From Mariprofundaceae bacterium (GTDB taxonomy: Bacteria > Pseudomonadota > Zetaproteobacteria > Mariprofundales > Mariprofundaceae), in NCBI GenBank assembly GCA_030950925.1, contig JAUZQO010000022.1, positions 1,851 through 65,850 on the forward strand: DNA of 64,000 nt. The letters run 5' to 3'. The notes under the pieces are model-generated. The model saw nothing but the letters and a program-made list of their open reading frames with translations, had not been told where the DNA came from and ran no database searches. Positions 58,414 to 64,000 of the stretch are shown in pieces (the first letter of the stretch is position 1; every line of letters starts with the position of its first letter). Made by a program: the position numbers and the translations under genes.

Positions 58414-58429
58414 AAGCTTGCAATGATAA

Positions 58430-58455
58430 AACGCGGCGATAATATTCGCCGCGTT
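58430..58455 (+). other. Stem-loop between hupB and tRNA-Val (no U-tail; a possible partial terminator or processing signal)
   Basis: 10-bp perfect stem aacgcggcga / tcgccgcgtt with loop taatat. It is followed by gaagtt rather than a T-run. Confidence 0.5.
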
Positions 58456-58481
58456 GAAGTTGAGGTGGTAAGTAGCTTTAC

Positions 58482-58557
58482 GGGCGCTTAGCTCAGTTGG
58501 TAGAGCACCGCCCTTACAAGGCGGTGGCCGTAGGTTCGAGTCCTACAGCGCCCACCA
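58482..58557 (+). tRNA. tRNA-Val (anticodon TAC)
   Basis: gggcgcttagctcagttggtagagcaccgcccttacaaggcggtggccgtaggttcgagtcctacagcgcccacca. Cloverleaf with anticodon loop cttTACaa; CCA is encoded. Confidence 0.95.
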
Positions 58558-58600
58558 TTTTCCTTTAGAGGAATAAAACAAGTAATTTTATTATTTGTTT

Positions 58601-58677
58601 GGAGCGGTAGTTCAGTTGGTTAGAATGCCGGCCTGTCACGCCGGAGGTCGCGAGTTCGAGTCTCGTCCGCTCCGCCA
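58601..58677 (+). tRNA. tRNA-Asp (anticodon GTC)
   Basis: ggagcggtagttcagttggttagaatgccggcctgtcacgccggaggtcgcgagttcgagtctcgtccgctccgcca. The anticodon loop is ctGTCac; CCA is encoded. Confidence 0.95.
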
Positions 58678-58707
58678 TATTGATGTTTGACAACATCCAG
58701 ATAAAAA

Positions 58708-58739
58708 CTCGTAAACTATTATGTTTGCGGGTTTTTTTT
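58708..58739 (+). terminator. Rho-independent terminator after the tRNA pair
   Basis: Stem cgtaaac / gtttgcg (one G:U) with loop tattat, followed by gg and a T8 run. Confidence 0.75.
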
Positions 58740-58922
58740 CGTTTCGGAAGATTTTTTTATTCATTTTGCTAAACATTGTGTCACTGTTACCATTAAAATA
58801 CCTCTAGCATCTCATCGTGTTATTCAAGCGTTACAATACTTCTTGTATTGTTAACCTTGCCATCAGTAATGCAAGTGTATGATTTGTGTTTGCATGAAAA
58901 TGTTACAGCAGGTGAATCAATC

Positions 58923-59993
58923 ATGGATATTCAATGGATGAAATATGCCCTTAAGCTGGCAAGGAAAGGGGTGGGGCGAACCCACCCCAATCCTCGTGTT
59001 GGCGCAGTGGTGGTTCAAGATGGTAGAATGATTGGACAAGGTTGGCATCAGTGTGCGGGGGAAGCCCATGCAGAAGTCCATGCTTTAGCTGATGCGGGAG
59101 TAGCTGCAAAGGGTGCGACTATTTATGTCACACTTGAGCCGTGTTCTGGTTTTGGACGTACACCACCGTGTACACAAGCCATTCTTGATACAGGTATTCA
59201 ACGGGTTGTTTTTGCTTCCTATGACCCCAATCCCAGCATGTCAGCAGGTGCAGAAGTGCTCAAGCAGTATGGACTTGAAGTTTTGGGCGGTGTTTTGGAA
59301 GCAGAAGCCAATGCTTTGAACCAAGCTTTTTTCCATTATTTGAAAACAGACATGCCGTGGGTGATGGCAAAAGCGGCGATCTCATTGGATGGCAAGCTTG
59401 CTACCCATACGCATCAATCCAAGTGGATTACGGGTGCTTCTGCACGTAAACATGTACATCGAATACGTGCCGAGTGTGATGCCATCATGGTGGGGGCAGG
59501 AACATTGCGTGAGGATAACCCTTCCCTGACAGTGCGTGATGCACGTTTGCGGGGTTGCTCCCCTTTGCGGATCGTGATGGCGAGAGATACCCCTAAATTC
59601 TCCCAAAAATATCAAATATTGAGTGATGAAGCACCTTCGTGCCTATATGTACAGAAAAGCAATAAACACAATAAATATTGGCAAGCGGCAGGTGTGGATG
59701 TGGTGGAGGTTAATGATTTGCAGGCTGCTTTGAAAGATTTAGCAGCGCGTGGTTGTTTGCAATTACTGGTGGAAGGTGGCGGAAAACTACATGCCTCTTT
59801 ATTTGAACAGCAATTAGCGAATGAATTGGTGTTGTATCAAGCCCCTATCTTGATTGGTGGTGTGGATGCCGTGAACCTTTGGCATGGTTTGGGCATTGCT
59901 CATATGTCAGAAGCAGTGCATTTGGCCGATGTGAAACGAAAAAAAATGGGCGAAGATATGATGATTCGAGGACGTTTAATATATCATCATTAA
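58923..59993 (+). CDS. ribD: Bifunctional riboflavin biosynthesis protein RibD (deaminase/reductase)
   Basis: The start is at MDIQWMKYALKLARKG. The CMP/dCMP-type zinc motif is HAEVHAL...PCSGFGRTPPC, and the C-terminal reductase domain carries AISLDGKLAT. Confidence 0.9.
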   Translation: MDIQWMKYALKLARKGVGRTHPNPRVGAVVVQDGRMIGQGWHQCAGEAHAEVHALADAGVAAKGATIYVTLEPCSGFGRTPPCTQAILDTGIQRVVFASYDPNPSMSAGAEVLKQYGLEVLGGVLEAEANALNQAFFHYLKTDMPWVMAKAAISLDGKLATHTHQSKWITGASARKHVHRIRAECDAIMVGAGTLREDNPSLTVRDARLRGCSPLRIVMARDTPKFSQKYQILSDEAPSCLYVQKSNKHNKYWQAAGVDVVEVNDLQAALKDLAARGCLQLLVEGGGKLHASLFEQQLANELVLYQAPILIGGVDAVNLWHGLGIAHMSEAVHLADVKRKKMGEDMMIRGRLIYHH

Positions 59994-60155
59994 ATAAACT
60001 TGATCTATGCCCTTTTCTGTAGCACAGCTTAAAGCTATACTTCGCGTTTGAACGGGTGAGTAGCAGAGCAATCTGACTTACTCGTTTTCTGTGTTCGGTG
60101 TTGGCTTATGTGTCTTTCACCATGCAGAAAATCCAGTTTTAGGAGTTTTACCTCC

Positions 60156-63100
60156 ATGCCACGTCGTTCTGATATTCAATCCATTATGATTTTAGGTGCA
60201 GGTCCCATTGTGATTGGGCAGGCTTGTGAATTTGATTACTCGGGTGTTCAAGCCTGTAAAGCTTTAAAAGAAGAAGGTTTTCGTGTTGTTTTAGTCAACT
60301 CAAACCCTGCCACCATCATGACTGACCCTGAATTTGCAGATGCCACTTATATTGAGCCTGTGACTTGGGAAGTGGTCGCTAAGATTATTGAAAAAGAGAG
60401 ACCCGATGCCATTTTACCCACCATGGGTGGGCAAACAGCATTGAATTGTGCACTTGAGTTGAATAAACATGGTATTTTAGACTTATTTAATGTTCAGTTG
60501 ATTGGCGCACAACCGGATGCCATTGATAAGGCAGAGGATCGTGAGCGTTTTAAACATGCGATGGATGATCTTGGTTTAGAGATGGCGCGGGGTGGTTTTG
60601 CACATACCATGCACGAAGCCAAAACATTGGCTGAAGATATTGGCTTCCCCGTTATTATTCGCCCTTCCTTTACATTGGGCGGTTCAGGTGGCGGCATTGC
60701 CTATAACCTTGAGGAATTCAAGCAAATTGCAGGTTCAGGCTTGGATGCATCGCCGACCGATGAAATTCTGGTTGAAGAATCCATTATTGGTTGGAAAGAG
60801 TACGAAATGGAAGTCATGCGGGATCATGCTGATAACTGCGTGATTATTTGCTCCATTGAAAATTTCGATGCGATGGGCGTGCATACAGGCGATTCGATTA
60901 CGGTTGCACCAGCCCAAACACTCACCGATAAAGAGTACCAACGTATGCGTGATGCTTCGATTGCTATTTTGCGTGAAATTGGCGTGGAAACAGGTGGTTC
61001 GAATGTTCAATTCGCTGTGAATCCAGAAGATGGGCGTTTGATTGTCATTGAAATGAATCCTCGTGTATCGCGCTCCTCTGCTTTGGCATCCAAGGCGACA
61101 GGTTTTCCGATTGCTAAAATTGCTGCAAAATTGGCAGTGGGTTACACCTTGGATGAAATTCGCAATGATATTACGGGTGAAACCTTTGCCGCCTTTGAGC
61201 CTACCATTGATTATGTGGTCACCAAATTACCACGCTTTGCCTTTGAGAAATTCCCAGGTGCGGATACGCGTTTGACCACGCAAATGAAATCAGTGGGTGA
61301 AGTGATGGCGATGGGTCGCACGTTCACAGAATCCTTGGGCAAGGCGATGCGTGGTTTAGAAGTCGGCTCGTGTGGTTTTGATAAAGTCATACCTGCCAAT
61401 GTGGAAGCGGATGTTTTTTTGCAAGAAAAATTAGGCATCCCCTGTGAAGATCGCTTGTGGTGGATGGGTGAAGCCTTGCGAGCGGGCTGGACTGAAGAAA
61501 AAGTTTTTAACGTGAGTAAAATTGATCCTTGGTTTGTGCGCGAACTATCGGCTGTGATTGCCTTGGAACAGGCATTGTCAGGGCGCGATGTATCAAGTTT
61601 AAGCAAGCAGGAATGGAAACAAGCAAAACGTGAAGGATTATCCGATCAACGTTTGGCGATGTTGTTGGATACGAATGAACATATCGTTCGTCAAACACGT
61701 TCCGCATTGGGTGTGAAAGCCGTATTTAAACGTGTGGACACCTGTGCTGCTGAATTTGAAGCCAAAACACCGTATCTTTATTCCACTTATGAAGAAGAAT
61801 GCGAAGCCCAACCCACACAAAAGAAAAAAATCATGGTCTTGGGTGGTGGCCCCAACCGTATTGGGCAAGGCATTGAGTTTGATTACTGCTGTGTGCATGC
61901 AGCATTTGCTTTATCCGAAGACGGTTTTGAAACCATTATGGTGAACTGCAACCCTGAAACGGTATCCACCGATTATGATACTTCGGATCGTTTGTATTTT
62001 GAGCCGTTGACCTTTGAAGATGTGATGGCCATTGTCGAAATAGAACAGCCGACAGGTGTGATTGTGCAATATGGCGGTCAAACACCGTTAAAATTGGCGG
62101 AATCCTTGCAGGCTGCGGGTGTGCCTATTATTGGAACCAGCCCTGATATGATTGATTTGGCGGAAGATCGTGAGCGTTTTCAACAGTTGTTGCATGATTT
62201 GAAGTTACTACAGCCTGAAAATGGCACAGCTCGCTCCACAGATGAAGCCTTGGCAGTCGCCGATGATATTGGTTATCCCGTGGTCGTACGTCCATCGTAT
62301 GTATTGGGTGGGCGAGCCATGCAAATTGTGCATGATGAAGAAGGTTTGTTACGCTATATGACCGAAGCCGTGCAAGCCTCACCTGACCACCCTGTATTGT
62401 TGGATCGCTTCTTAAACGCTGCCATTGAATTGGATGTGGATGCCTTATGTGATGGAAAACGCGTGGTGTTGGGCGCGATTATGGAACATATTGAGGAAGC
62501 GGGTGTTCATTCTGGCGATTCGGCCTGTTGTTTGCCGCCGCACTCGATTTCTGATGACATTATAGCTGAAGTACGTCGCCAAACCGAAGCTTTGGGTATG
62601 GCATTGAATGTGGTCGGGTTGATGAATATTCAGTTTGCCCTGCAAGGTGAGACACTTTACGTCTTAGAAGTCAATCCGCGTGCCTCGCGAACCGTGCCTT
62701 TTGTGTCAAAAGCAACAGGCATCCCCTTGGCAAAAGTGGCAGCACGCATCATGTCAGGACAAAGTTTGGATGATTTAGGCATTCATGAAGTGTTGCAACC
62801 CAAGACATACCGTGCGGTGAAAGAAGCAGTGTTTCCATTTGTGAAATTCAAAGGTGTGGATCCATTGCTTTCTCCAGAAATGAAATCAACGGGCGAAGTG
62901 ATGGGTATTGCGCGCACTTTTCCAGGGGCATTTGCCAAAGCACAAGCAGGTGCAAGTTCACCTTTGCCGAAAAAAGGTAGGGCTTTTGTATCCGTTCGTG
63001 ATGCAGATAAGGGCGCACTGATTGAGCTATCTCAAACCTTGGTGGATGCAGGTTTTGAAGTCTTAGCCACAGCAGGTACGCATGCATGTTTGGCGCAAGC

Positions 63101-63383
63101 AGACATTATCAGCACTTTGGTGGCGAAAGTGTTGGATGGTGTTCGCCCTCATATTGTGGATCGTTTGTTATCCGATGAAGTCGATTTGATTGTCAATACA
63201 ACCGAAGGTGTGCAAGCGATTAAGGATTCCAAATCCATTCGACAAGCAGCATTGGATCGGGGTATCGCTTATTTCACCACCATGTCGGGTGGTTTGGCTG
63301 CGGTGCAAGCGATTGCAGGAAAATTTGATGTCACAGCGGTGAAAAGTATTCAAGAATATTTGAAGGATGAGAGGGTGTCTTAA
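60156..63383 (+). CDS. carB: Carbamoyl-phosphate synthase large subunit
   Basis: [30 protein letters not shown], a duplicated ATP-grasp half ([22 protein letters not shown]) and a C-terminal MGS-like domain. 1075 aa from ATG 60156. Confidence 0.95.
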   Translation: MPRRSDIQSIMILGAGPIVIGQACEFDYSGVQACKALKEEGFRVVLVNSNPATIMTDPEFADATYIEPVTWEVVAKIIEKERPDAILPTMGGQTALNCALELNKHGILDLFNVQLIGAQPDAIDKAEDRERFKHAMDDLGLEMARGGFAHTMHEAKTLAEDIGFPVIIRPSFTLGGSGGGIAYNLEEFKQIAGSGLDASPTDEILVEESIIGWKEYEMEVMRDHADNCVIICSIENFDAMGVHTGDSITVAPAQTLTDKEYQRMRDASIAILREIGVETGGSNVQFAVNPEDGRLIVIEMNPRVSRSSALASKATGFPIAKIAAKLAVGYTLDEIRNDITGETFAAFEPTIDYVVTKLPRFAFEKFPGADTRLTTQMKSVGEVMAMGRTFTESLGKAMRGLEVGSCGFDKVIPANVEADVFLQEKLGIPCEDRLWWMGEALRAGWTEEKVFNVSKIDPWFVRELSAVIALEQALSGRDVSSLSKQEWKQAKREGLSDQRLAMLLDTNEHIVRQTRSALGVKAVFKRVDTCAAEFEAKTPYLYSTYEEECEAQPTQKKKIMVLGGGPNRIGQGIEFDYCCVHAAFALSEDGFETIMVNCNPETVSTDYDTSDRLYFEPLTFEDVMAIVEIEQPTGVIVQYGGQTPLKLAESLQAAGVPIIGTSPDMIDLAEDRERFQQLLHDLKLLQPENGTARSTDEALAVADDIGYPVVVRPSYVLGGRAMQIVHDEEGLLRYMTEAVQASPDHPVLLDRFLNAAIELDVDALCDGKRVVLGAIMEHIEEAGVHSGDSACCLPPHSISDDIIAEVRRQTEALGMALNVVGLMNIQFALQGETLYVLEVNPRASRTVPFVSKATGIPLAKVAARIMSGQSLDDLGIHEVLQPKTYRAVKEAVFPFVKFKGVDPLLSPEMKSTGEVMGIARTFPGAFAKAQAGASSPLPKKGRAFVSVRDADKGALIELSQTLVDAGFEVLATAGTHACLAQADIISTLVAKVLDGVRPHIVDRLLSDEVDLIVNTTEGVQAIKDSKSIRQAALDRGIAYFTTMSGGLAAVQAIAGKFDVTAVKSIQEYLKDERVS

Positions 63384-63856
63384 TGGAACGGGTTCCAATG
63401 ACCAAGCATGGCGCGGAAAAATTGCGTGAAGAACTACAATACTTAAAAGGTACAAAACGGCATGAAATTGTGCGTGCGATTGAAGAAGCACGGGCGCATG
63501 GTGATTTGTCTGAAAATGCGGAATATCATGCTGCCAAAGAAGATCAGGGTATGAATGAGGCACGCATGGGTTTATTGGAAGATAAATTGGCACGCGCGCA
63601 AATTATTGATACGTCATCTTTGGTATCGGATACGATTGTTTTTGGTGCTAAAGTTGATTTGATTGATGCAGAGACTGAAAAAGAAGTCAGCTATCAAATT
63701 GTCGGGGAAGATGAAGCAGATTTATCCCAAGGGAAAATTTCGATTACCTCACCGATTGCCCGTGCTTTGATTGGTAAATCCGAAGGTGATGAGGCCTTGG
63801 TGCGCGCCCCTAGTGGTGAACGTGAATATGAAATCGTGGGCATCAGCTACACCTAA
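63383..63856 (+). CDS. greA: Transcription elongation factor GreA
   Basis: [20 protein letters not shown]...[19 protein letters not shown]...[14 protein letters not shown]. The start overlaps the carB stop by 1 nt. Confidence 0.95.
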   Translation: MERVPMTKHGAEKLREELQYLKGTKRHEIVRAIEEARAHGDLSENAEYHAAKEDQGMNEARMGLLEDKLARAQIIDTSSLVSDTIVFGAKVDLIDAETEKEVSYQIVGEDEADLSQGKISITSPIARALIGKSEGDEALVRAPSGEREYEIVGISYT

Positions 63857-64000
63857 TGGCGATGTCAAAAGCATGTGTTCGCATGGGTGGCATCCGCCTA
63901 TCCTTGACCATGATATTGGGCTTGCTGATTGTACCAGGCTTTGTGGTTGCGCCTGTATTGTTTTCTAAACTGGATGCACATACAGCAGGCATAGTTGCTG
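63856..64000 (+). CDS. Membrane protein, 5' end only (DUF4149/TMEM205-like N-terminus); runs off the right window edge
   Basis: Manual translation gives [48 protein letters not shown]. It is stop-free to the window end, and its ATG overlaps the greA stop by 1 nt. Confidence 0.45.
   Translation, partial: MAMSKACVRMGGIRLSLTMILGLLIVPGFVVAPVLFSKLDAHTAGIVA

Noticed and set aside
58740-58922. FMN riboswitch upstream of ribD; also a T-box/leader upstream of tyrS (5177-5225) and ilvD (6788-6943)
   Set aside because: I could not find the conserved FMN-element core or any specifier/antiterminator arrangement. The regions are short and AT-rich.

Overview
This 64-kb window is a chromosomal segment whose gene content and order look gammaproteobacterial. 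The syntenic blocks are tig-clpP-clpX-lon-hupB-tRNA(Val)-tRNA(Asp), hemA-prfA-prmC, tyrS-apaG, ubiH-ubiI and carB-greA. The DNA is moderately AT-rich by eye. No GC value was computed and no database was searched, so all calls rest on motifs read from the supplied translations and on manual reading of the DNA. Most of the window is housekeeping, but six parts are not. (1) The left edge carries an eroded surface-polysaccharide locus: a Wzz-like gene with an in-frame 9-bp tandem repeat, ugd, a doubly truncated gmd remnant, and a decaying IS200/IS605 copy. (2) A roughly 19-kb chemosensory super-locus (10043-28988) consists of two convergent operons. The plus-strand operon is MCP, a 1134-codon voltage-sensor/channel-like protein translationally coupled to cheY, a hybrid CheA, cheW, cheB and cheR. 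The minus-strand operon is a PilB/GspE-type ATPase fused to a receiver domain, followed by cheW, an MCP and a second hybrid CheA. (3) recJ is a pseudogene with two frameshifts and loss of the DHHA1 domain. (4) A ppk, CBS-GGDEF (signature GGDDF) and hybrid histidine kinase string sits on the minus strand. (5) Three tandem 158/180-bp repeat units (45025-45510) each fold into a hairpin plus intrinsic terminator only when read as minus-strand RNA, and each exposes a C/U-only loop ending in a 16S anti-Shine-Dalgarno-like CCUCCUUA. I consider these sRNA candidates. (6) Three tRNA genes are present. No rRNA, CRISPR array or prophage was seen. The items I rank highest are the channel-like protein in the che operon, the anti-SD-loop repeat modules and the ATPase-receiver fusion.
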